NCBI GenBank assembly: GCA_031272515.1
Contig: JAISTR010000021.1
Coordinates: forward strand, 17,306 to 81,305
DNA length: 64,000 bases
Direction: 5' to 3'
From: Erysipelotrichaceae bacterium
GTDB lineage: Bacteria > Bacillota_I > Bacilli_A > Erysipelotrichales > Erysipelotrichaceae
Part shown: in pieces, positions 37,904 to 47,145 of the stretch
Position numbering within the stretch: the first letter of the stretch is position 1
Layout: each line of letters begins with the position of its first letter
The notes under the pieces: model-generated
Databases searched by the model: none
Told to the model about the DNA's origin: nothing
The model's input: only the letters and a program-made list of their open reading frames with translations
Made by a program: the position numbers and the translations under genes

Positions 37904-38412
37904 AGAAGAACTATCTTTTTGCGGTTTTGAAAATCACTTTGTTCATGATCCTGATTGGCTTGGCGGATGCTCTTTTAGCTTCTGTTTTTAGCTTCGCTGG
38001 CTATACCGACACGCTTTCTGCCCTGTGTTTTCGGGTTACCTTGATTCTGGTCCTTCATATTGCCTTTGTACGTTATTTTATTCACCGGCATACCCTGGAA
38101 GAAGCATCGGTTGGCGCGATTTGTTCTTGGCTTTTGTTAAATGCCTTGATGATGGTGGTGTACCGGGTGGTTATATATTATCTGTTTGTTTTTACTAAAT
38201 CGGATGTGCTTGGGATGTACCCGTATTTCTCGAGTTTTACCAACTTTGGCGGAGCCGACACCATCAGCACTCTGCTGCAGCTTTTCATGGGTAACAGGTC
38301 GCTCAGTTTTTTTACCATAATTATGCCTTTGGAGCTGATTTGTTACCCCATCGCCAGCTGGTTTCTTAAAAGACGCCATAACAATCAGCTGTACATGGGC
38401 GAATCCATGTAG
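37900..38412 (+). CDS. hypothetical membrane protein
   Basis: 4-5 predicted TM helices. Overlapping start with the upstream stop. Confidence 0.45.
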   Translation: MKKNYLFAVLKITLFMILIGLADALLASVFSFAGYTDTLSALCFRVTLILVLHIAFVRYFIHRHTLEEASVGAICSWLLLNALMMVVYRVVIYYLFVFTKSDVLGMYPYFSSFTNFGGADTISTLLQLFMGNRSLSFFTIIMPLELICYPIASWFLKRRHNNQLYMGESM

Positions 38413-38448
38413 AAAGCTGAAGCGATATAGTACAATAGGGATAAAGAG

Positions 38449-38793
38449 GTGGGAATGATGGCAAAAAAGGGTTTCCTGAATCAATTCGGGTTTGGCGTAA
38501 GCAGAGATATAGATGATGATGACAATGATACCGGCGTGGTTTTCAGAATTACCGTGGAATCAGATGATGAAGGTGACTTTGAAGGTGAGCTCTCTGATTT
38601 AATGGAGGAAGCCATTGTCGAATCCGGCATGAGCGCGGAGGAATTTGTTGAACGCTACCATATTGCGAAAATCGTGTTTCGTTTGAACTCGGACTATGTG
38701 GCACAGCTGGAAGAAGAGATAGAGGAAAAACAAGACGAAGACTATGATGAAGATGAGGACGGGGAAGACTATGATGAGGATGATGAGGATTGA
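38449..38793 (+). CDS. small, extremely acidic protein (Asp/Glu-rich)
   Basis: 114 aa. The last ~45 residues are almost all D/E/Y (EEEIEEKQDEDYDEDEDGEDYDEDDED). No hydrophobic segment. Confidence 0.5.
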   Translation: MGMMAKKGFLNQFGFGVSRDIDDDDNDTGVVFRITVESDDEGDFEGELSDLMEEAIVESGMSAEEFVERYHIAKIVFRLNSDYVAQLEEEIEEKQDEDYDEDEDGEDYDEDDED

Positions 38794-38930
38794 AACTCAT
38801 ACCATCTGATCGTCTCACAAAAACCTTTGGTTGAAAGAGTGTTATTTTCACAATCATGAAATCACATTCCTCTGGCACTTTGCTTTTCATTGTCTTTTGC
38901 TTTTGGTAGAATGATGGCACAGGAGGATTC

Positions 38931-39443
38931 ATGGCTCAAAAACAGGTACGCAGACTGACCCGAATCACAATGCTGTTGGCAATGGGGATTGTCGTTCACT
39001 ACCTGGAATCCCTGATTCCACTGCCGGTTGCCCTGCCCGGTTTCAAACTGGGTCTGGCGAACATCTTCGGCATCCTGGCTTTACAGCTCTTTGGCATCAA
39101 GGAGATGCTGATGGTGGATTACTTAAGGGTCGCCTTGGTAGGCTTAGTAAGAGGTACGTTTCTGGCGATGCCATTCTGGCTGGCGCTGGGCGGGATTACC
39201 CTGAGCGTTCTGGCGGTCATCCTGGCCAAGGTTCTCTTTCGTCCCAGCATCACCATGCTGAGTGTCCTGGGTTCACTGTTTCATACTCTGGGACAGGTAC
39301 TGACTGCCTGTCTTTTGTACAAAACCTGGGTACTGGCATTCCAGTTGCCGCTGTTGCTTCTCTTAGCCATTCCGACCGGCATTGCCACCGGAATTCTGGC
39401 TGCTCTGTCCTACACAAGAATCAGGAGGAATCTGCATGAGTAA
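38931..39443 (+). CDS. Gx transporter family membrane protein (Hpre_diP_synt_I-like)
   Basis: LLAMGIVVHYLESLIPLPVALPGFKLGLANIFGILALQLFG pattern of the heptaprenyl-diphosphate-synthase-component-I-like / Gx transporter family. Promoter TTGCTT-17-TAGAAT upstream. Confidence 0.6.
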   Translation: MAQKQVRRLTRITMLLAMGIVVHYLESLIPLPVALPGFKLGLANIFGILALQLFGIKEMLMVDYLRVALVGLVRGTFLAMPFWLALGGITLSVLAVILAKVLFRPSITMLSVLGSLFHTLGQVLTACLLYKTWVLAFQLPLLLLLAIPTGIATGILAALSYTRIRRNLHE

Positions 39444-39693
39444 ATTTGATTACAAACCCACCGGCGTCTGCTCTTCCAAGTTCAGTTTTGATATTGAAGA
39501 TGGTATAATAAAGGACGTCAACATCGAACAGGGTTGTCCGGGGAATTTGTTGGGGATCAAGGCCTTGATTCTTGACAAACCAGTTTCGGAAGTGATTGAA
39601 AAGTTCGAGGGGATTCCCTGCGGACGCAAGAGCACTTCCTGTCCCGATCAGATTGCGCGGGCACTCAAAGCCTACCAGGCGCAAAACGCATGA
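39436..39693 (+). CDS. TSCPD domain-containing small protein
   Basis: GIPCGRKSTSCPDQIARAL TSCPD motif. ATG 39436 after AGGAGGA RBS. Overlaps the upstream gene by 8 nt. Confidence 0.65.
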   Translation: MSKFDYKPTGVCSSKFSFDIEDGIIKDVNIEQGCPGNLLGIKALILDKPVSEVIEKFEGIPCGRKSTSCPDQIARALKAYQAQNA

Positions 39694-39731
39694 GACAAAA
39701 GGCCATTCGGCTTTTTTCTTTGGAGTAAAAC

Positions 39732-41519
39732 ATGACAAAAACAGGTTTACTGCTGAAGTGCTTAAAAGGATACAAACACAAGGTGGCCGGAATCGTAATC
39801 GTGACGGTCCTCTTTGTGTTTGTGAATCTGTTTATGCCCTTATTGTTTTCGTTTCTGGTCGACCAGGTGGTCAATGGAGAGCCCATTGAAAATGCGCTGG
39901 TAGCAAAGATTGTGGCATCCCTGGGCGGGATTGAAACCCTGCGTACCCACATGTACTATGGAGCGATCCTGGTGATGATGACCAGTGTGGTCATCTGCAG
40001 CTCCATTTTCCTTCGCGGCAAGTGGAACGGTGAGGTCTCGGAAACGTTGTCGCAAAGGCTGCGCGACCGTCTCTTTCACCATTTGACTCTTTTGCCATAC
40101 GCCTATCATGTCCAGGCCAATACCGGGGATTTGATTCAACGCTGCACCAGCGATGTCGATACCGTCCGCCGGGTCTTCGCCGGACAGATCTCGGAATTCA
40201 TCTATTCCCTGAGTACGCTGATCATGGCCATGACGATTCTCTTTCAAATCTACCCGCCTTTGGCCTTGGTTTCCATATCCCTTTTGCCCTTTGTCTTCCT
40301 TTTTTCCATCTGGTTTTTCATCCGCAATCAAAAAGCCTTTTTGATTGCCGATGAAGTGGAAGGGGAACTGGTGGATAACATCAACCAGAACATCGCCGCC
40401 ATCCGCGTGGTCAAAGCCTTCAACCGGGAAGTCTATGAGGCAGAACAGTTTGACAAGCGCAACCGGAACAACCGCGACAAGTGGATGAACCTGATGCGCT
40501 ACATCGGCTTCTATTGGGGCTTTTCCGATTTCATCTGCTATTCCTCGGTTTTGTTGGTGGTCGTGGTGGGCGTTGGCTATTGTGTAAGAGGCGACATCAC
40601 CATCGGCAACCTCTTTGTCTTTATGACCTACCAAACCATGGTGACCTTCCCCATCCGCAACCTGGGCAGGCTGTTATCAGACCTGGGCAAGGTGCGGGTC
40701 TCCCTGGGCCGCCTTTTGGAAATCCTCAATGTTCCGGCCGAGGATATCTACCGTGGGGAAACACCCGAGCTGCGCGGTGACATCATCTTTGAAAATGTCT
40801 CCTTCCAATATGATGACGGCAACCAGGAAGTGCTGCGCGACCTCTCCTTTACCATTAAACAGGGGGAAACCATTGCCATCATGGGGCCGACCGGCTCGGG
40901 CAAGAGCTCCCTGGTCCATCTGTTGACCCGGCTTTATGACTACAACGCCGGCTCCATCCGCATCAACGGCACCGAGCTGCGCGATATCCAGAAACAATAC
41001 CTGCGGCGCATGGTAGGCATTGTTTTGCAGGAACCGTTTTTGTTTTCCAAAACCATCTATGACAACATCCGCCTGTCCTCCCCCAATGCCCGGGAAGAAG
41101 ATATTAAACGGGCTTCCAAGATCGCTTCCATCGATGAAGTGATTGTGGAGTTTGACGCCGGCTACCAGACCATGGTCGGGGAGCGGGGCGTCACTTTGTC
41201 CGGCGGTCAGAAGCAGCGCATCGCCATCGCCCGCACCGTCATCAATCAGACCCCAATCCTGATCTTTGATGATTCGCTTTCGGCGGTGGATACCGAGACG
41301 GATGCCAACATCCGCTCGGCCCTGCAGCAGTTAAACAAAAATACCACGACGATCATCATCACCCAGAGAATCACTTCCTCAGAGACGGCCGACCACATCC
41401 TGGTTTTGGATGAGGGCCGGATTTTGCAGGAAGGCAGCCACCAGCAATTAATCAGCCAAAAAGGCCTCTATCAGCGCATCTATCAGCTGCAGAGCCGCCT
41501 GGAAGGGGATAAGGCATGA
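39732..41519 (+). CDS. ABC transporter permease/ATP-binding protein (type I exporter half-transporter, subunit 1 of a heterodimer)
   Basis: 6-TM N-terminal domain + NBD (GPTGSGKSS, LSGGQKQR, IFDDSLS). Confidence 0.85.
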   Translation: MTKTGLLLKCLKGYKHKVAGIVIVTVLFVFVNLFMPLLFSFLVDQVVNGEPIENALVAKIVASLGGIETLRTHMYYGAILVMMTSVVICSSIFLRGKWNGEVSETLSQRLRDRLFHHLTLLPYAYHVQANTGDLIQRCTSDVDTVRRVFAGQISEFIYSLSTLIMAMTILFQIYPPLALVSISLLPFVFLFSIWFFIRNQKAFLIADEVEGELVDNINQNIAAIRVVKAFNREVYEAEQFDKRNRNNRDKWMNLMRYIGFYWGFSDFICYSSVLLVVVVGVGYCVRGDITIGNLFVFMTYQTMVTFPIRNLGRLLSDLGKVRVSLGRLLEILNVPAEDIYRGETPELRGDIIFENVSFQYDDGNQEVLRDLSFTIKQGETIAIMGPTGSGKSSLVHLLTRLYDYNAGSIRINGTELRDIQKQYLRRMVGIVLQEPFLFSKTIYDNIRLSSPNAREEDIKRASKIASIDEVIVEFDAGYQTMVGERGVTLSGGQKQRIAIARTVINQTPILIFDDSLSAVDTETDANIRSALQQLNKNTTTIIITQRITSSETADHILVLDEGRILQEGSHQQLISQKGLYQRIYQLQSRLEGDKA

Positions 41520-43375
41520 GCGAGTTCGAAGAAAAAGAATACCAGAGCAACTCGCTGGACCGCGGGCTTTGGGCCAAAATCTTCCGGTTATTGGGAGAGC
41601 ACAAGAAGCACTTGCTTCTGCTTTTGCTGTTTAATGTCATCGCCGGTCTGTTTGAGTCGACGATTCCCTTGCTGATGCGCCATGCCATCAACAATTTCAC
41701 GGTCTCTTATATTCCCTCCGACCTCACCAACTTCGCGTTTCTGGTGCTCTTTGTCATCATCGTGCAGGCGGTCAACGTCTTTATCTTTTTGTGGCAGGCC
41801 GCGAAAGTTGAGATGAACTTCAACTACTCGGTGCGCAAAAAGACCTTCAACCATTTGCAGAATCTGTCGTTTTCCTATTATGACAAGACTTCATTGGGCT
41901 GGATTGTCGCCCGTTTGACCAGTGACATCGGCAGATTATCGGAGATCATCTCCTGGGGATTGATGGATATGATCTGGGGCCTGTCCCAGATGATCTTCAC
42001 CGCCATCATCATGCTTTGGGTGGATTGGCGGCTGGCTTTGATTGTGTTGTTTGTAGTACCTTTAATCGCGGTGATTTCCTCCTGGTTTCAGGTTCGCATT
42101 CTCAAAAATTACCGGGATGTACGCAAGACCAACTCACAGATTACCGCTGCCTTTTCCGAGGGTATCAGCGGGGCGAAGACCATCAAGACGATGGTATTGG
42201 AGGACAATCAAAACCGCGAGTTCAACGATTTGACCACAACCATGCGCACCAAGAGTATCCGCGCGGCTTTACTGTCATCGATCTTTATGCCGATTGTGTT
42301 CTGCTTGAGCCATTTCGCTTCCGCCGGCTTGATTTGGTATGGCGGCGAGAAGGTGCTAAGCGGGGTCTTGGCTTTTGGGACCCTGATGATGTTTGTGCAA
42401 TACTCCGGCAATTTCTTTGAGCCCCTGCGCCAAATCGCCCGCTTGATGGCGGAGATGCAGCTGGCCCAGGCCAGCGGTGAGCGCATCATGACGCTTTTGG
42501 AAGAGGAGCCGGCAATCGTCGACAGCCCCGAGGTCATCGCCAAATACGGCACGATTTTTGAGCCGAAGCCGCAGAACTACGAAGTCATTGACGGCAATGT
42601 TGAATTCAAGGACATTACCTTCTATTATAAAAAAGAGGAACCGATCCTGGAGCACTTCAACCTGAAGGTGAAATCCGGGCAAACCATCGCTTTGGTAGGG
42701 GAAACCGGTTCGGGCAAAAGCACAATCGTCAACCTGCTTTGCCGGTTCTACGAACCAATCAGCGGCGAGATTTTAATCGATGGTGTGGATTACCGTCAGC
42801 GCTCTTTAGGCTGGCTGCACAGCCAGCTGGGCTATGTCCTGCAGGCTCCGCATTTGTTCTCCGGCAGTATCCGCGACAACATCCGTTATGGTAAACTGGA
42901 TGCAAGCGAAGAGGAAATTATCCACGCCGCCAAGCTGGTCAATGCCCACGACTTTGTCGAAAGTCTGGAAAAAGGGTATGATACTGATGTCGGGGAGGGC
43001 GGAAACCGCCTGTCCACCGGACAGAAGCAATTGATCTCCTTCGCCCGGGCCTTGATTCGAAAACCCACCATCTTTGTATTGGATGAGGCAACCTCCTCCA
43101 TCGATACGGAGACGGAGAAGATTATCCAGGAAGCGATTGAGCGGGTGCTCAAGGGACACACCAGCTTCATCATCGCCCACCGGCTTTCCACGATTGTCAA
43201 TGCGGACCGCATTCTGGTGATCCGCAAGGGCCAAATCGTCGAAGACGGTACCCACAAAGAACTTATGAAAAAACGGGATTACTACTTCCGTTTGTATACC
43301 AACCAGTACAATCAGGAGATGCAGCAGCGGATCCTGAATGAAAGAGGGGGCTTCAAAGATGAAACTCAAAATTGA
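41516..43375 (+). CDS. ABC transporter permease/ATP-binding protein (subunit 2 of the heterodimer)
   Basis: 6-TM domain + NBD (GETGSGKST, LSTGQKQL, FVLDEATSS). 4-nt overlap with subunit 1. Confidence 0.85.
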   Translation: MSEFEEKEYQSNSLDRGLWAKIFRLLGEHKKHLLLLLLFNVIAGLFESTIPLLMRHAINNFTVSYIPSDLTNFAFLVLFVIIVQAVNVFIFLWQAAKVEMNFNYSVRKKTFNHLQNLSFSYYDKTSLGWIVARLTSDIGRLSEIISWGLMDMIWGLSQMIFTAIIMLWVDWRLALIVLFVVPLIAVISSWFQVRILKNYRDVRKTNSQITAAFSEGISGAKTIKTMVLEDNQNREFNDLTTTMRTKSIRAALLSSIFMPIVFCLSHFASAGLIWYGGEKVLSGVLAFGTLMMFVQYSGNFFEPLRQIARLMAEMQLAQASGERIMTLLEEEPAIVDSPEVIAKYGTIFEPKPQNYEVIDGNVEFKDITFYYKKEEPILEHFNLKVKSGQTIALVGETGSGKSTIVNLLCRFYEPISGEILIDGVDYRQRSLGWLHSQLGYVLQAPHLFSGSIRDNIRYGKLDASEEEIIHAAKLVNAHDFVESLEKGYDTDVGEGGNRLSTGQKQLISFARALIRKPTIFVLDEATSSIDTETEKIIQEAIERVLKGHTSFIIAHRLSTIVNADRILVIRKGQIVEDGTHKELMKKRDYYFRLYTNQYNQEMQQRILNERGGFKDETQN

Positions 43376-43850
43376 TGATTTGCGCAATAGTCAGGATGAG
43401 CTGAACCAGCGGATTTTTGCGCTTCATAACCGCAGCTATGATGACTCCATCAATGACCGTCTGCTGGCTTTGTTAACCGAGCTGGGGGAATTAGCAAATG
43501 AGACCCGCTGCTTCAAGTACTGGAGCGAGAAGGAGGCTTCCTCCACCAACAAGATTCTGGAGGAATACTCCGACGGTCTGCACTTTCTGATTTCGGCGGG
43601 AATTGATTTGGATGATGAGAGTGAGACCATTGAGTCCATCACCGAATTTCGGGACTTGACTGAGCAGTTTCTGACCACCTTTGAGGTCTTCTGCAACTTG
43701 ACCAAGCACTATGATTTGGACCACTACCACAAAGCCTTTGCGAACTATCTTGGGCTGGCGGACATCCTCGGCTTTGAAGAGGAACAATTGCGCAAGCACT
43801 ACCTGGCGAAAAACCGCAAAAACCATAAGAGACAGGACGAACACTACTAG
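43359..43850 (+). CDS. all-alpha NTP pyrophosphohydrolase, dimeric dUTPase-like (dUTPase_2-type)
   Basis: RLLALLTELGELANE..FKYW and DGLHFLISAG helical motifs. ATG 43359 after AAGAGGGGG RBS, overlapping the ABC gene end. Confidence 0.45.
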   Translation: MKLKIDDLRNSQDELNQRIFALHNRSYDDSINDRLLALLTELGELANETRCFKYWSEKEASSTNKILEEYSDGLHFLISAGIDLDDESETIESITEFRDLTEQFLTTFEVFCNLTKHYDLDHYHKAFANYLGLADILGFEEEQLRKHYLAKNRKNHKRQDEHY

Positions 43851-43862
43851 AGAGGTACCGCT

Positions 43863-45017
43863 GTGAAAAAAATCGCACGGGGGGGCGCATATCTTTGTTT
43901 CTTGGCTGCTTTCGTGTTGTTTTTGTATTCCTTCCGCAATATTCTCAACCATAACTATCCGGTGACCATCATCAGCAGAACGCTGTTTACCTGCATTGTC
44001 TGCGTACTGGTCTTTATCGGCGGCGCGATTTTGTCGTTGTTTGAAAAACAGCTGGACCGGGTGAAGCAGGGGATTAAAGTCACGGTTATGGTGATTTTTG
44101 TCTACTATCTGTTTCAGATGATCCTGCTGCTGTTCTTTGATCCGCGCTACCGCAATGTGTCCCAGGAAGCGGGCATTCTGGACTTCTTTGAAGACCACAA
44201 CAACCTGATTCCTTTTAAGACCATCCTGGAATTCTTCCGGGCATTCCGCAACGGGGTGATTACCAGGGAAAGAATGCTGATCAATGTCTTTGGCAACATC
44301 ATCGCTTTTATCCCTTTGGGTTTACTGGCCCCGGTACTTTACAAACCGCTAAGAAAGTTCGCCTATTTTCTTTTGTCCACCATCTTTACCCTGTTTCTGG
44401 TGGAGACGATGCAGGTGGCCTTGCGGGTTGGCAGCTTTGATGTCGATGATCTGCTGTTGAACTTTATCGGGGTGCTGACCGGCTATCTGGTGATCCTGTT
44501 GATTTTGGGGGCTTTGAAGCTGGTGCTCTACCGGCTGCATCGCTGGACTTCGCTTTTGACCAGCAGTCCCGGGGTGGCGGCATTATGGCAGGGGGTTTTG
44601 GAAAGGTATGGAGAGGATGCCTCCAGCGACAGGTCGCTGGACTATCTGCTGTTATCCAAAAACAGCGAGGTACAAAGGCGGCTGGTGAGCTGGATTGCCG
44701 AGAAGGAAGAAGGCTGTTTGTTGGAGTGGAGTCATCCCACTCACAGCGACCTGCAGATCAGTGTTGACGACTGTCTTTTGGTTGGGGATGTGAGTGAGTC
44801 CCTGGTGGCCATCATTAAGATTACCGGCAGAAGAAACCTGCTGTTCGGGCAGTTGAAAACCAAGGATTTTCTCGATTGCGGCTATCAGGACCAGGATGAT
44901 TTTCTGAGTCAGTTTTCCAATTATCAGAAAAAGAAATTCAAGGAAGACCGTCAGGTTACCCTGTTGGAATATGAACTTTTGACCAGCGGCTCGCCGCTAT
45001 TGAAGGAGAACCGATGA
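43863..45017 (+). CDS. VanZ-like family membrane protein with a C-terminal soluble extension
   Basis: NLIPFKTI...GNIIAFIPLG VanZ pattern. GTG start after AGAGAGG RBS. Confidence 0.6.
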   Translation: MKKIARGGAYLCFLAAFVLFLYSFRNILNHNYPVTIISRTLFTCIVCVLVFIGGAILSLFEKQLDRVKQGIKVTVMVIFVYYLFQMILLLFFDPRYRNVSQEAGILDFFEDHNNLIPFKTILEFFRAFRNGVITRERMLINVFGNIIAFIPLGLLAPVLYKPLRKFAYFLLSTIFTLFLVETMQVALRVGSFDVDDLLLNFIGVLTGYLVILLILGALKLVLYRLHRWTSLLTSSPGVAALWQGVLERYGEDASSDRSLDYLLLSKNSEVQRRLVSWIAEKEEGCLLEWSHPTHSDLQISVDDCLLVGDVSESLVAIIKITGRRNLLFGQLKTKDFLDCGYQDQDDFLSQFSNYQKKKFKEDRQVTLLEYELLTSGSPLLKENR

Positions 45018-46198
45018 TCTCGTTGCCGCCGGAAGTACTAATGGCCAGCAAAAAGCTGGATGAAGCCGGATATGAGAATTATCTGGTGGGCGGTGCTTTG
45101 CGTGATGCGCTTTTAGGCAGAAAGACCAGGGACTATGACCTGGCGACCAGCGCCAAGCCCCAACAAGTGCGAAAACTCTTCAAGAAGCAGCCGCTTTCGC
45201 TCTCAGGCCAAAAGCATGGTACCGTTGCCATCTATTATCCAAACTTGCATATCGACATCACCACCTTCCGCACCGAAGGCAGTTACAGCGATTTCCGTCA
45301 TCCGGATCAGGTCAACTATGTCACCGACATCAAGGAAGATCTGGCAAGAAGGGACTTCACCATCAATGCCATGGCCTATCACCCCCAGAAGGGATTATTG
45401 GATCCCTATGGCGGACAAAGTGATTTGGATCATAAAATCATCCGGGCTGTACGTGATCCGTTTACCCGCATGGGGGAGGATGCACTGCGCATTCTGCGCG
45501 GTCTGCGCTTTGCGGCAACGCTGTCCTTTGATATTGAACCGGATACCGCCAGGGCGATGCATGCTCAGGCAGAACTTTTGAGCAGGATTGCCAAAGAGCG
45601 GATAACCATGGAATTAGAGGGATTGTTTGCCCAAGAAGAGATTGCCCGCACGATTGCGGATTATCCGGATGTGTTTAGAACCCTGGTACCGGGTCTGGAT
45701 TTCAGGGCTTTTGTAAGAAGCTGCGAATATCCCTGCGCTGAGCGTCTTTTGCGCTTTTTGTTATTGAGAACTTACAGTATATCAAAACAGAGTTTTTACC
45801 AGGCTTTCAAACTTTCCAAAAAAGATCAGAATACCCTGGAGCTCTGCTATACAAACCGCCATCGGCTGCTGCAAAAGGAGGCAACCTTACTGCAATGGCT
45901 CACCATTGATTTGCGGGATAAGCTTCCCTTGTTTTTTCATTACTGTCTGGCTGATGCTTCAAAAGGAGAATTTAGAACCATAAAAAGTGTCTGGAAATTT
46001 TATGAGGGTCTGGATAAAACAGACTGGGTGATTGACCTAAGTGATTTGGCCATCCGCGGTCAGGATTTGTTGGATCTGGGCTTACAGGGTGAAGAAATAG
46101 GACATTGTTTGATTGAGGCTTTCACTGCCGTGGTAAACGGGTACTGCGAAAACGAAAAGGAAAAACTGCTACAATATTTGAGTCCACAATACAAGTGA
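45014..46198 (+). CDS. cca: CCA-adding tRNA nucleotidyltransferase
   Basis: LVGGALRDALLGR..DYDLAT pol-beta-type head motif. AAGGAGAA RBS. Confidence 0.8.
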   Translation: MISLPPEVLMASKKLDEAGYENYLVGGALRDALLGRKTRDYDLATSAKPQQVRKLFKKQPLSLSGQKHGTVAIYYPNLHIDITTFRTEGSYSDFRHPDQVNYVTDIKEDLARRDFTINAMAYHPQKGLLDPYGGQSDLDHKIIRAVRDPFTRMGEDALRILRGLRFAATLSFDIEPDTARAMHAQAELLSRIAKERITMELEGLFAQEEIARTIADYPDVFRTLVPGLDFRAFVRSCEYPCAERLLRFLLLRTYSISKQSFYQAFKLSKKDQNTLELCYTNRHRLLQKEATLLQWLTIDLRDKLPLFFHYCLADASKGEFRTIKSVWKFYEGLDKTDWVIDLSDLAIRGQDLLDLGLQGEEIGHCLIEAFTAVVNGYCENEKEKLLQYLSPQYK

Positions 46199-46202
46199 AA
46201 AA

Positions 46203-46238
46203 ATAACCTGAGATAGTGTGCACAGGTTATTTTTTGCG
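46203..46238 (+). terminator. rho-independent terminator after cca
   Basis: AACCTG-AGATAGTGTGCA-CAGGTT followed by ATTTTTTG. Confidence 0.6.
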
Positions 46239-46352
46239 TACTGTTATGGACTGTGCAGGCAATGGTATGGTTGAAATGTTTTATCAGACTCTATCACTCA
46301 TGGAACTTTTAGCAGGTGTTAGAAAGCAGTGTGCAGGTGCTGCTGTAAGATA

Positions 46353-46400
46353 GACTTACGACGAAATCTATCAAAAAAAAGCACATTTCGTCGCAAGTCT
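46353..46400. repeat. 15-bp near-perfect inverted repeat (GACTTACGACGAAAT / ATTTCGTCGCAAGTC) with an 18-nt A-rich spacer
   Basis: Read directly. One mismatch. Lies in the gene-less AT-rich stretch upstream of the ATPase gene remnant. Confidence 0.6.
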
Positions 46401-46452
46401 TAAATTGAAAAGAATTCATAAAACTAATTAAAACGGCTTAAATACCAGAATA

Positions 46453-47010
46453 TTGGAAGACTTGATTGACTGCGGTTTTATCCGTTTTTATGTTCCTTTT
46501 GGCAAAAAGAAGAAATGTGGATTATATCAGCTGTTTGATCCTTTCGTTTTGTTTAATCTGAATTTTGTTCAACAGGATATACAGGAGATTCATTTCTGGA
46601 GCAATTTCTATAGGACCCCCGCATATAACACCTGGAAGGGTTATGCATTTGAACTGCTTTGCTTGCATCATTTAGAGCAGATTAAAACAAAGCTTCAAAT
46701 TAATGTCATTTTGACCAAAGTATGCAGTTGGCGCAGCACAAAAGGGAAAGGCGGCGCCCAGATAGATTTGGTGTTGGAACGCCGCGATGGTATTGTAAAC
46801 TTGTGTGAATTGAAATACAGTTCCGATATTTTCGAGATTGACCAGGAATATGAAAAGAAGCTCCAGAATAAAATTGAATTGTTTTATCAGGAAACCAAAA
46901 CCACCAATGCTTGCCATTTAACGATGATTACCACCTATGGAGTAAAACGCAATGAATATAGCGGGATAGTTCAGTCGGAAGTAATGATGGCGGATTTGTT
47001 TCGATTGTAA
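46453..47010 (+). pseudogene. C-terminal remnant of an AAA+/DUF4143-type ATPase gene (N-terminal ATPase domain missing)
   Basis: Product matches only the C-terminal DUF4143-like half of ~400-aa AAA_14+DUF4143 proteins (GLYQLFDPFV...WKGYAFE...). No Walker motifs anywhere upstream. Flanked by 250 bp and 135 bp of AT-rich non-coding DNA. Confidence 0.45.
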
Positions 47011-47145
47011 TTGACTTACGCTATAAACAAATTTTTTTAGCAGGATTATTCTTGGTACTATTGTTATTCGATAGCTAAATCTATGTTAAAACGCATAGAT
47101 TTAGCCACTTATAAAGTGTCTTCACAACGAAAGAAAGCGAATCAC

